From Candidatus Bathyarchaeota archaeon (GTDB lineage: Archaea; Thermoproteota; Bathyarchaeia; Bathyarchaeales; Bathycorpusculaceae), in NCBI GenBank assembly GCA_963720565.1, contig CAVRFW010000009.1, forward strand, positions 160,001 through 224,000: a stretch of DNA of 64,000 bases, given 5' to 3'. The position numbers were made by a program, and so were the translations under genes. Shown here one piece after another: positions 36,311-45,538 of this stretch (the stretch's first letter is position 1; each line of letters begins with the position of its first letter). The notes under the pieces were generated by a model. That model did no database searches. It was given only the letters and a program-made list of their open reading frames with translations, and had not been told where the DNA came from.

Positions 36311-37630
36311 CTATGGCGTCAGTCTGACTCTGTCCCGCGGATACAGAGTCACTTCGCGGATGTTCTTCTTGCCAGTCAAAACCATCGTAAGCCTTTCTAA
36401 GCCTATTGCCCAACCCGCATGGGGCGGCATCCCATAGTCAAAAGCTTGAAGATGATGCTTGAAGGCTTCAGGATTCAATCCTCTCTCATTTAGGCGGGAA
36501 ATTAGAAGCTCTTTCTCAGCGATTCTGGTTCCGCCAGACACCAATTCTATCCAACGCCACATCAAATCAAACCCTTCGCAAAGGTCGGGCTTGTCCCCGC
36601 GCGGTTTTATGTAGAACGCTTTAGAATGTGTTGGCCAATCGGTGATGAAATAGAAATGTGGGTATAGTTTTCCCAGAACCCTGAAGGCTTCAGTGGGTAT
36701 GTCCTCGCCCCATTGCACCTCAACGCCTTTTCCTTTCAAGTCGTCTAGCACATTGTCGTATGTTAAGCGTTTGAAAGGAATAACTGGAACCTCGATTCTG
36801 TGCTTAAGTATAGCCAACTCATTTGTGCAGTCTTCTTTTACGGTTTTGCAGGCGTGGTGTACAACCTGTTCAAGAAGCGCCATTACATCTTGGGCGTCGG
36901 CGAAGGCTTGTTCAATATCAACTGAAACGAATTCACTTAGATGTCTACGAGTGTGTGACTCCTCAGCCCTGAAAAAAGGCCCTACCTCGAAGACCTTCTC
37001 CAGACTCATTACAAGCTGTTCTTTGTACAATTGTGGACTCTGAGCGAGGAACGCTTTTTCGCCGAAGTAGTCTACGTTGAACAGCGCTGCACCGCCTTCG
37101 GTTGCTGATGCGATGATTCGCGGCGTGTGAACCTCCAAGAAGCCTTTTTCGAAGAGAAAATTTCGTATTGCATCCAAAGCGTGGTGTTGAATTTTGAATG
37201 CTGCAACATTCGCTTCTTGGCACAAGTCTAATGCTCTCGCATCTAAACGAGCTTCTATGTTCGCAGGCGTTTTACCCGTAATGTCAATTGGCAACTGGGC
37301 AGTGGCTGTGCTCAGAATTTTTATTTCCTTCGGAACCACTTCGACGCCTCTGGGAGTCATGTTGGTGTTCTTTACAGTCCCTTTCACGCCAATGCTGTAG
37401 CGTTTCTGCAGGGCGTCAGACTTCGATAATACTTCGGGACTAACTCTCTTTTTCGGTATGGTGATTTGAATTGTGCCTTCCCTATCTTGCATGATAACAA
37501 AGCGGATCCCGCCCAAATCACGAACTTCCCAAACCCAACCAAAAAGCGTAACCTCTTGCCCATCCAGTTTCGGCGTAACATTCGAAGAATAGTGGGTTCT
37601 GACCCATCCATCAAGGGAGTCCACGTTCAT
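36311..37630 (-). CDS. aspS: Archaeal-type aspartyl-tRNA synthetase
   Basis: N-terminal OB fold, LAQSPQLYK, FRAEESHTRRHLSE, YGMPPHAGWAIGLERL. Confidence 0.96.
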   Translation of the reverse strand: MNVDSLDGWVRTHYSSNVTPKLDGQEVTLFGWVWEVRDLGGIRFVIMQDREGTIQITIPKKRVSPEVLSKSDALQKRYSIGVKGTVKNTNMTPRGVEVVPKEIKILSTATAQLPIDITGKTPANIEARLDARALDLCQEANVAAFKIQHHALDAIRNFLFEKGFLEVHTPRIIASATEGGAALFNVDYFGEKAFLAQSPQLYKEQLVMSLEKVFEVGPFFRAEESHTRRHLSEFVSVDIEQAFADAQDVMALLEQVVHHACKTVKEDCTNELAILKHRIEVPVIPFKRLTYDNVLDDLKGKGVEVQWGEDIPTEAFRVLGKLYPHFYFITDWPTHSKAFYIKPRGDKPDLCEGFDLMWRWIELVSGGTRIAEKELLISRLNERGLNPEAFKHHLQAFDYGMPPHAGWAIGLERLTMVLTGKKNIREVTLYPRDRVRLTP

Positions 37631-37648
37631 GAGTCAATGAGCTCCTCC

Positions 37649-38158
37649 TCAGTCTGCAAACTCGACACGTAAGGACATTTTACGCACTTTGCGGGCAATT
37701 TCCTTTAAAGCCTTCAGGTCAAAGGGTAACTGGGCACCGCGTTTTCTTTTCAGTATCACGCGCGTCTCCGTTGTTCCATCCGGCAGCCAAATCGTGTTTA
37801 TCGTGAGTATGTTGAAAGGAACGAACAAGTCTTCTAAGAACTTACGGTCGTCAACACCATATTCGAGAATGCGAACGGATTTGCCAGTTTCCTCACCTAG
37901 CGCCTTAATAATCTTGCCACCGTAACCCAGAAGTCGGGGTACGTCGCCGTGCCCAACGATTACGGCTAGGCTTTTCTCAACACTAATTGCCCTGTGAAAA
38001 CAAACGTTTTGCAGAGAAGGATACTTCTCCTCTAAAGAGAGCAGCAAGCGGGCTATTCTTAGGTCTAACTCGCTGATTTCGCCAGCCTTAACTTTTGCTG
38101 AACATTTTTGGCAAAGTATGCCGCTCTTAAGACAGAAGCTACATAGTTCCGTTTTCAT
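37649..38158 (-). CDS. NusA-like KH-domain protein with N-terminal Cys4 motif
   Basis: CSFC...CQKC; KH loop LLGYGGKII. Confidence 0.75.
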   Translation of the reverse strand: MKTELCSFCLKSGILCQKCSAKVKAGEISELDLRIARLLLSLEEKYPSLQNVCFHRAISVEKSLAVIVGHGDVPRLLGYGGKIIKALGEETGKSVRILEYGVDDRKFLEDLFVPFNILTINTIWLPDGTTETRVILKRKRGAQLPFDLKALKEIARKVRKMSLRVEFAD

Positions 38159-38226
38159 GTTGGAAGATGCCCTCTTGCGAACGAAAGAAGGAGCGGCGAG
38201 GTATTACTCTTCAAGTGGGTAGGTAC

Positions 38227-38505
38227 TTACCTTTCAAGCGTTATTTCTATACTGCTGACGTTAGTCAACTGACTGCCTTCTTCTAGAGGCATGATTTTGT
38301 CCGTTCCGATGCCAACATTCTTGACTTTTACATCAGGCAGAAATCGACGTCTTACTACTTCGGCTACATCGATTGCGCGACTTATGGATTGTCCACGAGC
38401 TTTAATGCTTACTTCTTTAGCTCCGCCGTGAAAGAAAGTAATGCACGCAAGTACATAGTTCATTACTGGTTTTTTGCCGATTAGCACCGTGTTGTCATCT
38501 GGCAC
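38227..38505 (-). CDS. albA: Chromatin/RNA-binding protein Alba
   Basis: [32 protein letters not shown]. Confidence 0.95.
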   Translation of the reverse strand: MPDDNTVLIGKKPVMNYVLACITFFHGGAKEVSIKARGQSISRAIDVAEVVRRRFLPDVKVKNVGIGTDKIMPLEEGSQLTNVSSIEITLER

Positions 38506-38757
38506 GCCCTTCGCTTGCTCCTAGTTTCCCCTTTTGATGATGTTTCATTAGTTTTTTGGTCGGTAAATAAATACATTGTGGTATCCATTTCACGTTTATT
38601 TTTTTCCTTTTTCAAGATTCCTCTACGTGCCACAAAACAAGTTCTAATGCAATTGAGACCATTCAGAATCAGACAACAATTATGCTGTATCTGTAGACAA
38701 AAGGTATATTTGACAGCGGGCTATCTTGCTTTTAACACTTAAAAAGAGGACCATCCT

Positions 38758-38919
38758 ATGCCCATACTAGATCCAGTTAAGAAAGCCATTGCCCAAAAAC
38801 ACAGGCTCTATATGAAGATCTGTCGGGACTGTAGAGTCAGAAATGCCGCCACCGCAACTAAATGCCGAAAATGCAAGGGCAAAAACCTCAGATGGAAGAA
38901 ACGCGAACTAGTAAAGTAA
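38758..38919 (+). CDS. rpl40e: 50S ribosomal protein L40e, not in the ORF track
   Basis: MPILDPVKKAIAQKHRLYMKICRDCRVRNAATATKCRKCKGKNLRWKKRELVK*. Confidence 0.93.
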   Translation: MPILDPVKKAIAQKHRLYMKICRDCRVRNAATATKCRKCKGKNLRWKKRELVK

Positions 38920-38931
38920 CACTCCTGCGTT

Positions 38932-39546
38932 TTAAATCGTTTTAGCCAATGTGTCCATACTGAAAACTGTGTTTGCACAACCGTTCTTGATTAAAGGTAT
39001 GGCTTGTCCAGCAACATCCATGCTTCCTAGAATTTCGCCGCCAATTTTCACTTCTTCTCCACATGCAACACCGACAATGCCCTCGTATTGTACAGTCTTG
39101 AGAATCTTGGGAACGCAAGATCCTCCCGGCAATATGTATACGTCGTATCCCTTTTCCCTTGCTAAATAATCTGCCTTGCTAATCAAACAGTCTTGGGAGC
39201 AGTGCGCGCAAGTGTAAGAGGGAATGCTCGCGTCAAAACTAGCCTTGCATCGGCTATCCATAAATTTTCGAGAGCAGTGTGAGAGAAAAAGCGCCCTCTT
39301 CTTGGTTTTCAGAAACTCTTTCCTTTTTAGCAGATTGACCGCTTGTAGGTCAATGAGGTCTTGCAGGAGAACTAAGGCATCCGAGAGATTAAGTCCAGTG
39401 GCTTCTTGAATCCTGAATTTGGTGATAATATCCTGTAGCGTATTAAATAGTGTCTTGTGCATCCTCTTGTTGTAGCTGATTCGTGCTATCTCAGTGAAGA
39501 AGAAACGTGGCACTTTTGAAAGATCAAAGGTGAACTTGTAGGGCAC
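38932..39546 (-). CDS. DUF116-family protein
   Basis: LSHC, CAHC...C, YILPGGS, GVAC, GCANT pattern. Confidence 0.8.
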   Translation of the reverse strand: MPYKFTFDLSKVPRFFFTEIARISYNKRMHKTLFNTLQDIITKFRIQEATGLNLSDALVLLQDLIDLQAVNLLKRKEFLKTKKRALFLSHCSRKFMDSRCKASFDASIPSYTCAHCSQDCLISKADYLAREKGYDVYILPGGSCVPKILKTVQYEGIVGVACGEEVKIGGEILGSMDVAGQAIPLIKNGCANTVFSMDTLAKTI

Positions 39547-39614
39547 AGTCTTTAACTAGTATCATCAAACTTAAAAAAATACCTACCGTTTTGCCAGGAA
39601 AGTTTTTGCTGATG

Positions 39615-39887
39615 CTATTCTTTTAACTCAGCTGAACCCAAGAGTTCTTTCATAGCCTTAATTTCTTTTCTCAAATCGCTAATCTCAGTTTCAAGATTGT
39701 TTGCTCTTGTCTCACCAGCTTTCTTGAGCTTTTCAATCTCCAGGAGGAGGCTTCCACGTTCTGTCTCTAACATGTTGATTCTTTCCCTCAGAGTCCTTAA
39801 AGTCTGTACTAATCCTTCACGAATCTCGCCAACTCTGTCCACCAGATTTTTAACGCTAGCTGATTTCTTGGCTTCAGTCACAGACAA
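39615..39887 (-). CDS. Hypothetical coiled-coil protein
   Basis: Continuous heptad pattern over about 75 aa. Confidence 0.65.
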   Translation of the reverse strand: MSVTEAKKSASVKNLVDRVGEIREGLVQTLRTLRERINMLETERGSLLLEIEKLKKAGETRANNLETEISDLRKEIKAMKELLGSAELKE

Positions 39888-39986
39888 GCTCTCCTTGACC
39901 CGAATTCCGATGAATATTTCGAATGTTTTCCAATTCGTGGTTCCTCCAATATGTGATTACGTGAAAAAAGAAAGTAGGATATGATG

Positions 39987-40961
39987 TTAGATACTTATCT
40001 GGAACATCAATCTTTCAACAAGTTCTTTGTACCGATTCCGAATAGTGACCTCAGTAACCTGTGCAATCTCAGCGATTTCCCTTTGTGTTTTTCTTTCACC
40101 TGTCAAAACCGAAGCTACGTAACTTGCAGCCGCAGCGATACCTGTCGGGCCACGCCCCGAAGTTAGTTTAAGCTCTTTTGCTGCTGCCAGAATCTTGTGT
40201 GCGATTTCCTCAACCTTTCCCTGCATTGTCAACTGATTCGAAAATTTCGTTATGTACTGACTAGGCCTAAGCGGCGGAATGGAGTAGTTGAGTTCCTTGA
40301 TTAGGAAACGGTAGCTGCGACCCACCTCTTTCTTGTTCACAGTTGATGATTGAGATATCTCATCTAATGTACGCGGTAACCCGCACTGCCTGCACGCCAG
40401 ATAGATCGAAGCAGACGTTACTCCCTGAATAGAGCGACCGCGTATTAGCCGCTCTTTCACTGCTTTCCTGTAAATCACTGACGCAGTTTCCAGAATGTTC
40501 TTTGGAAGATTCAGGTTGTTCGAGATCTTGGTGATTTCAGACAAAGCAAAAGCCAAGTTGCGTTCCGTTGCGTCTGAAACTCTTATACGCCGCTGCCATT
40601 TTCTGAGACGATACACCTGCGCTTTTTGTCCAGGTGAAAGGCTTTTGCCATAGATATCCCTGTCATGCCAGTCAATCGTTGTAGACAAGCCTTTGTCGTG
40701 AATTGTATAGGTTAATGGAGCACCTACTCTTGTCCGTTTTGACCTTTGTTCGTCGTCAAAAGCTCTCCATTCGGGTCCTCTATCCGCTATCTTAGCGGCA
40801 ACCACGAAACCGCAATCCATGCAGACTATTTCTGCGCACTCGTAATCCCGCATTAGTCTTGTACTGCTGCATTCGGGGCACGATTGAACTTTGAAGGATT
40901 CAACGCGTTGCGCTGAAGATGAAGAGCCTTCATCTCCATGCATCTCGTTATCTTCACTCAT
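39987..40961 (-). CDS. tfb: Transcription initiation factor IIB
   Basis: CPEC...CMDCG Zn ribbon, GPEWRAF, two cyclin repeats, [13 protein letters not shown]. Confidence 0.97.
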   Translation of the reverse strand: MSEDNEMHGDEGSSSSAQRVESFKVQSCPECSSTRLMRDYECAEIVCMDCGFVVAAKIADRGPEWRAFDDEQRSKRTRVGAPLTYTIHDKGLSTTIDWHDRDIYGKSLSPGQKAQVYRLRKWQRRIRVSDATERNLAFALSEITKISNNLNLPKNILETASVIYRKAVKERLIRGRSIQGVTSASIYLACRQCGLPRTLDEISQSSTVNKKEVGRSYRFLIKELNYSIPPLRPSQYITKFSNQLTMQGKVEEIAHKILAAAKELKLTSGRGPTGIAAAASYVASVLTGERKTQREIAEIAQVTEVTIRNRYKELVERLMFQISI

Positions 40962-40963
40962 TC

Positions 40964-41236
40964 TTATTTGCTCCGTTCCTTTTTCGAGAGAAGCATGTAC
41001 AGTTGCTTGCCAGCAAGTTTATCCGGTTCTCTAACTGTCGGTTTTACTATGGCATAAGGCGAAGAAACTGGACCGATTATGTCAAAGACTTTTCCAACTG
41101 TCTTTAAGTTCTCATCAACAACAGGGGCGCCGATTTTCGGGGTTTTATCGAGCTTGACAACGATGTTTTGGGACGGCGTTAGATTAGATACCCTTCCCAA
41201 TCTTTGCAACCACATTCCCCTCTCGAAAAACAACAA
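40964..41236 (-). CDS. gar1: H/ACA RNP protein Gar1/Naf1
   Basis: [15 protein letters not shown]; gar1-tfb synteny. Real start probably near 41207. Confidence 0.88.
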   Translation of the reverse strand: MLFFERGMWLQRLGRVSNLTPSQNIVVKLDKTPKIGAPVVDENLKTVGKVFDIIGPVSSPYAIVKPTVREPDKLAGKQLYMLLSKKERSK

Positions 41237-41368
41237 ACGACACCGTAATAGTTTATTTAAGTCTTTCTACGTCCACCGATCTATGATGGTCGGCACATCC
41301 CCTTTTCAGTAGAAACCTTCTTAAACAAGAAGTGTGGATAAGACTGTGCCTTTAAAGGGTGAGGCTAT

Positions 41369-41749
41369 ATGTCAAAACCATTCTATATAAAGTACGAAAT
41401 GCCGAAGGAAATAGTAGACGCAGCCTATGAAGCCCTCCAAATAGCTTCAAAAACAGGCGTAGTTAGAAAAGGAACAAACGAGGCAACAAAAGCTGTTGAA
41501 CGTGCAATAGCGAAACTCGTAGTAATATCCGAGGACGTTGATCCGCCGGAAGTCATAGCTCATTTACCTTTACTCTGTGAAGAAAGAAAAATCCCCTACA
41601 TATTCGTTCCAAACAAAGACAAAATAGGCATTGCAGTAGGAATTGATGTTCCATGTGCTTCAGCATGCATCATAAAAGAAGGCGACGCTGCAGGACTAAT
41701 CAAGGAAATAATCACGCGCATTGAGCAGGTCAAAAGAGGAGCTCAGTAA
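41369..41749 (+). CDS. rpl7ae: Ribosomal protein L7Ae
   Basis: [29 protein letters not shown]. Confidence 0.96.
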   Translation: MSKPFYIKYEMPKEIVDAAYEALQIASKTGVVRKGTNEATKAVERAIAKLVVISEDVDPPEVIAHLPLLCEERKIPYIFVPNKDKIGIAVGIDVPCASACIIKEGDAAGLIKEIITRIEQVKRGAQ

Positions 41750-41979
41750 TGAGCAAAGAAGCGAAAGCGTCAGCAGAAGAAGAACTAGTACCTTCAGAAG
41801 TTATTCAAGTAATCGCGCGTACGGGAGTAACCGGAGAAATTTCACAGGTTCGAGTGCGCATCTTAGAAGGAAAGGATAAAGGACGCATAATCACACGAAA
41901 TGTTAAAGGACCCATCCGAGTCCAAGACATCTTAATGCTCAGGGAAACAGAAAGAGAAGCCAAGAAAATCAACAGATAA
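41749..41979 (+). CDS. rps28e: Ribosomal protein S28e
   Basis: [21 protein letters not shown]. Confidence 0.96.
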   Translation: MSKEAKASAEEELVPSEVIQVIARTGVTGEISQVRVRILEGKDKGRIITRNVKGPIRVQDILMLRETEREAKKINR

Positions 41980-42007
41980 AAACAAAGCCATCTTAGAGGA
42001 ATCTTGA

Positions 42008-42205
42008 ATGCCTAAACCACGCAAATGTTCATTTTGCGGAACTGACTTTCCAGCGGGCACAGGGATGATGTTCGTAAAAAACGACGGAGCTCTTTTGTGG
42101 TATTGCTCAGGCAAGTGTAAGAAGAGTTCATTGGGCTTTAAAAGAGACGCACGCAAGCTCAAATGGACAAAATACTTCGGCAAAGAAGAAAAAGGGAAAG
42201 CCTAA
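42008..42205 (+). CDS. rpl24e: Ribosomal protein L24e
   Basis: CSFCG...GTG..FVKNDG...CSGKC...RKLKWT. Confidence 0.96.
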   Translation: MPKPRKCSFCGTDFPAGTGMMFVKNDGALLWYCSGKCKKSSLGFKRDARKLKWTKYFGKEEKGKA

Positions 42206-42363
42206 ATCTGCAATCAAGACTTACCATAAGTCCATTCCGCACATTTCTTCAGTATTGCATTTACCAAAGGCAGAACGCCCTAGTCTTTCCTATTTCTCAG
42301 CCATTTTTGCGTTTGCTAGTAAAGACTATTACGTCTCTGGTTTAGTCTTTTGGAAAATAGTTT

Positions 42364-42468
42364 TGGTAGCGGGGACTAGATTTGAACTAGTGATCTCTGG
42401 GTCTCTCCGAGCAGCATCTAAGTGCTCTTATGAGCCCAGCGGGTTAATCCTGGCTACCCCACCCCGCT
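42364..42468 (-). tRNA. Initiator tRNA-Met(CAT) with a 26-nt canonical 37/38 intron; CCA encoded
   Basis: A1-U72, G11-C24 and three G-C pairs in the anticodon stem. Intron 42403-42428 with GAGCA/TGCTC helix and BHB-like junctions. Confidence 0.92.
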
Positions 42469-42601
42469 GAATTCGCACCCAAAGCGTTTTTGAATCCTTT
42501 TTATTTACTACCCATTGTCGAATATTAATAGTTTCTTTTTCACTTCTCGGTAAAGCATTTTAGTATCAATCATTAACTCTCTAAGAATGGTGCAGCATTG
42601 A

Positions 42602-43246
42602 ATGGACAAGCCATATTTGCACGAAATATCCAAACCTGACCTCGAGAATCCAGTTTTCGTCCAAGGCTTACCCGGTTTCGGCAATGTCGGAAGGATAGCA
42701 GCGCATCTATTGATTAAATTCTGCGACGCCAAACCTTTTGCTGAGCTGTACTCGCCTTATTTCCCAGACTATGTATCCATAAGCTCAAATGGAATATGCC
42801 ACCTGCCAAAGTACGAGTTCTACTCTGCCCAGATTGAAAAAAACAATCTTGTCATTATGACTGGAGAAACCCAGCCTTCATTTGATGATGTCCTGGCACA
42901 CTACAACATCTGCGGAGACATTTTGGATTTTGCCCAAAAAATAGGTTGCGGCTTCATAGTAACTATGGGCGGAGTTCCAATAACAGAAGACAAAACACAG
43001 GTGTATGTAGCAGCTACATCGCCGAGTCTCGCAACCGAATTTATGGAGAAAGGGGCAGTAATATATAGCAAAGGCAGAATAGTAGGTGGAACTGGACTTA
43101 CTCTGGCACTGGCAAAAGAGCGAAAGCTTGAGGGCATTTGTTTGCTTGGGGCCACAACAGGTTTCAAGGCTGATCGCGGTGCAGGATTCATGGTTTTCAA
43201 GTTCTTAATGAAGACCTTAGGAAAAGAGATAAAAGAAGGGTTATAA
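42602..43246 (+). CDS. PAC2-family proteasome assembly chaperone-like protein
   Basis: GLPGFGNVG, LYSPYFP, TGETQ, VTMGG, IVGGTG. Confidence 0.85.
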   Translation: MDKPYLHEISKPDLENPVFVQGLPGFGNVGRIAAHLLIKFCDAKPFAELYSPYFPDYVSISSNGICHLPKYEFYSAQIEKNNLVIMTGETQPSFDDVLAHYNICGDILDFAQKIGCGFIVTMGGVPITEDKTQVYVAATSPSLATEFMEKGAVIYSKGRIVGGTGLTLALAKERKLEGICLLGATTGFKADRGAGFMVFKFLMKTLGKEIKEGL

Positions 43247-43286
43247 GAAAAACAGTGCACCTAGATAACAAGAGAGTTGTGTTAAG

Positions 43287-43517
43287 ATGAATGAGAATAG
43301 CAGTATTGGCGGGTTCGATTTGGACTCCAAATTCTGGAGAATCATAATGGTCATCGTGGCGGTTTTTCTAATATTTATCGGTCCAACATACGTATCCTAC
43401 CTGCTGAGCGATGTTCTTAGAATAGACTATGTTGCCTCATTGGTTGTCGGACTCGTCCTTTTCGCATTGGGCTTAGCACTGATAGTGTTTCTGACTCGAA
43501 AGAAAATCCTTACTTAA
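43287..43517 (+). CDS. Small two-TM membrane protein
   Basis: Two hydrophobic helices; ATG start. Confidence 0.65.
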   Translation: MNENSSIGGFDLDSKFWRIIMVIVAVFLIFIGPTYVSYLLSDVLRIDYVASLVVGLVLFALGLALIVFLTRKKILT

Positions 43518-43522
43518 TTTTT

Positions 43523-43578
43523 GCCTCAGATACCCCAGGGTGCATCATCACAATCAGCTTTTTGGATTCTTCATCGGC
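43523..43578 (-). ncRNA. Box C/D 2'-O-methylation guide sRNA
   Basis: gcc-g-ATGAAGA(C)-atccaaaaag-CTGA(D')-tt-GTGATGA(C')-tgcaccctggggtat-CTGA(D)-ggc. 56 nt with a terminal stem; TTAATAAA about 25 nt upstream. Confidence 0.85.
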
Positions 43579-43666
43579 GTACTCTAGGAACCAGAAACAG
43601 TTTTATTAACCATTCTTCGGCCTAACCTAGAAAGGCATATAAAATATTTCTGCAGATATACTTGTT

Positions 43667-44251
43667 ATGCAGCCAGGAAACAGGAAACGACTGGATGAAA
43701 TCACAAACAAGAATCAGGAAACGGCAAAAAGAACAACAATCATACTGGAAAAAGAAGAAAGAGAATACATAGACTCGCTTATAAGAGAAGGAAAAGAACC
43801 AGGGATTAAACCGCTCATCAGCAAAATGCTCAATATTCATAGAAACCTCACGATCTATGATTGGCGTTTTCCAGGAGAGTACTATTGCGGAATAAGCCGC
43901 ATAGCCATCGTAAACGTGGAACTACTGAACATTCTCACTCAACAAATCCCAAAGGAGAAATGGCGTGAAATCGGGAGAAAAATGGGCAGCGCCCTCAAAG
44001 TTTCACTCGAAACAACATTAGGACTTCAAACAACGCAACGCGAGAACTGGCAAAACGTGTTTGACAGATTAAAAGTTCAAGGCTTCGGGGACTTCTTTCT
44101 TAAAGACAAGTATCTCCTTCTAAAAACGCCATTTATTTCTGAGGTGGAAATTTGGCAAGGAATCTTAGAAAACCTTTTCGAGATAGAATTGGACATAAAA
44201 AACTCTGTGCCGCCAATGGTTTTTCAGATAAAAAACAAAGTCATTTCATAG
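43667..44251 (+). CDS. Hypothetical protein, possible ribbon-helix-helix plus V4R-like ligand-binding regulator
   Basis: RTTIILEKEEREYIDSLIREG (strand-helix-helix), then REIGRKMG...QGFG pattern. Confidence 0.6.
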   Translation: MQPGNRKRLDEITNKNQETAKRTTIILEKEEREYIDSLIREGKEPGIKPLISKMLNIHRNLTIYDWRFPGEYYCGISRIAIVNVELLNILTQQIPKEKWREIGRKMGSALKVSLETTLGLQTTQRENWQNVFDRLKVQGFGDFFLKDKYLLLKTPFISEVEIWQGILENLFEIELDIKNSVPPMVFQIKNKVIS

Positions 44252-44342
44252 ATAACACAAATAGTTCCTGGGCTGGTGCAGAAAATGTTAAGATGGAATA
44301 GTTTATTAGAGAGACATCAGCTTAAGGTGCTTTCCAGTGGTA

Positions 44343-44474
44343 AATGATGAGGGATTGTGTTCATCAAAGGCGATTGCATTCATCTCAAGCAGAGGCAATC
44401 CATATAACTCGTTTCTAAACGAAAAGAAATTTAGCAAAATAAGCCTAGTCCCTCATGAGATGTGGCGTTTTTTT
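44343..44474 (+). ncRNA. Unidentified structured non-coding element upstream of hisG
   Basis: 11-bp long-range stem ATGAGGGATTG (44347-57)/TAGTCCCTCAT (44446-56) enclosing the hairpins GATTGC..GCAATC and TCGTT..AACGA. TTTATTA upstream, T7 run downstream. Confidence 0.5.
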
Positions 44475-44539
44475 AACCAAGAATTTTGTTTAGTGTTAAG
44501 GTCAAATGTTAATACAAACATAAGAACAAGGTGCAAAAA

Positions 44540-45538
44540 ATGGAAAAAGTGAAGTTTGCAATACCTGCCGGCTCATTAGCCAAAGCGACTTTTGAAATAC
44601 TTCAGCGTTCCGGATACAAAGTGTCAGGACAGGAACGTACATATCGTCCTACGATAAACGACCCCAAAATCGAACTGAAAATCCTGCGACCTCAAGAAAT
44701 TCCCGTTTTCATCAGCGAAGGATTACAAGACGTAGGCATAACAGGTCAAGATTGGATTCGAGAAACCGGTGCTGATGTAGAAGTGCTTCAGAATTTGGAA
44801 TACGGAAAAATTAAGCTTATCGTAGCTGTTCCAAAAAGCTTCAAAACCAACTCGATCACTGACCTGATGGAACAATTATGGAGCAGAAGCAAGAATTTTA
44901 GAGTTTCAACCGAATACTTGAACATCGCCGCAGAATACATAAGGAATAATCCAGCTTACCGAAAGAGCTTCGGTGAATCAGAACCGTTGATTGTGACACC
45001 CTGGTGGAAGAAGGGTGACAACCCTCGAGCGAAAATATTCTTGTCATTCGGCGCTACGGAAGCCAAACCGCCGGAAAACTCGGACTGCATTATCGACGTG
45101 ACTGAAACTGGATCAACCATAGATGCAAATAATCTCAAAATTATCGACACAGTGATGAATTCTTCAGCAGTTCTGGTAGCAAACAAGAATTCATTAAAAG
45201 ACCCACAGAAGAAGGAGAAAATACTAGACATTCTAACTTTGCTCAAAGGAGTAGTTGATGGTTCTAAACGCATTCACATATTCGTCAACGTAAGAAAAGC
45301 CAACCTGCAGAAACTTCTCACGGAACTGCCTGCTTTGAAGAACCCGACAATAGCTCCATTGGCAGATGAAGCCTGGTGTTCAGTTAATACAATCGTCGAA
45401 AAAGATCTTCTAATTGAGCTATTACCCAGAATCCGCAAACTCGCTCAAGGGATAGTTGTTTACGAACCGAGGCAAGTGCTGGCTTTAGACCAGATAACCA
45501 AGAGAGAGAACACTAAATGTCCAACAAAGCCTACGTGA
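44540..45538 (+). CDS. hisG: ATP phosphoribosyltransferase (long form)
   Basis: AIPAGSL, RPQEIP, DVGITGQD, GATEAKPP, DVTETGST, C-terminal regulatory domain. Confidence 0.95.
   Translation: MEKVKFAIPAGSLAKATFEILQRSGYKVSGQERTYRPTINDPKIELKILRPQEIPVFISEGLQDVGITGQDWIRETGADVEVLQNLEYGKIKLIVAVPKSFKTNSITDLMEQLWSRSKNFRVSTEYLNIAAEYIRNNPAYRKSFGESEPLIVTPWWKKGDNPRAKIFLSFGATEAKPPENSDCIIDVTETGSTIDANNLKIIDTVMNSSAVLVANKNSLKDPQKKEKILDILTLLKGVVDGSKRIHIFVNVRKANLQKLLTELPALKNPTIAPLADEAWCSVNTIVEKDLLIELLPRIRKLAQGIVVYEPRQVLALDQITKRENTKCPTKPT

Noticed and set aside
41330..41371. K-turn autoregulatory element in the rpl7ae 5' UTR
   Set aside because: Only a weak GCCT/AGGC hairpin over the SD; I could not place tandem G-A pairs.
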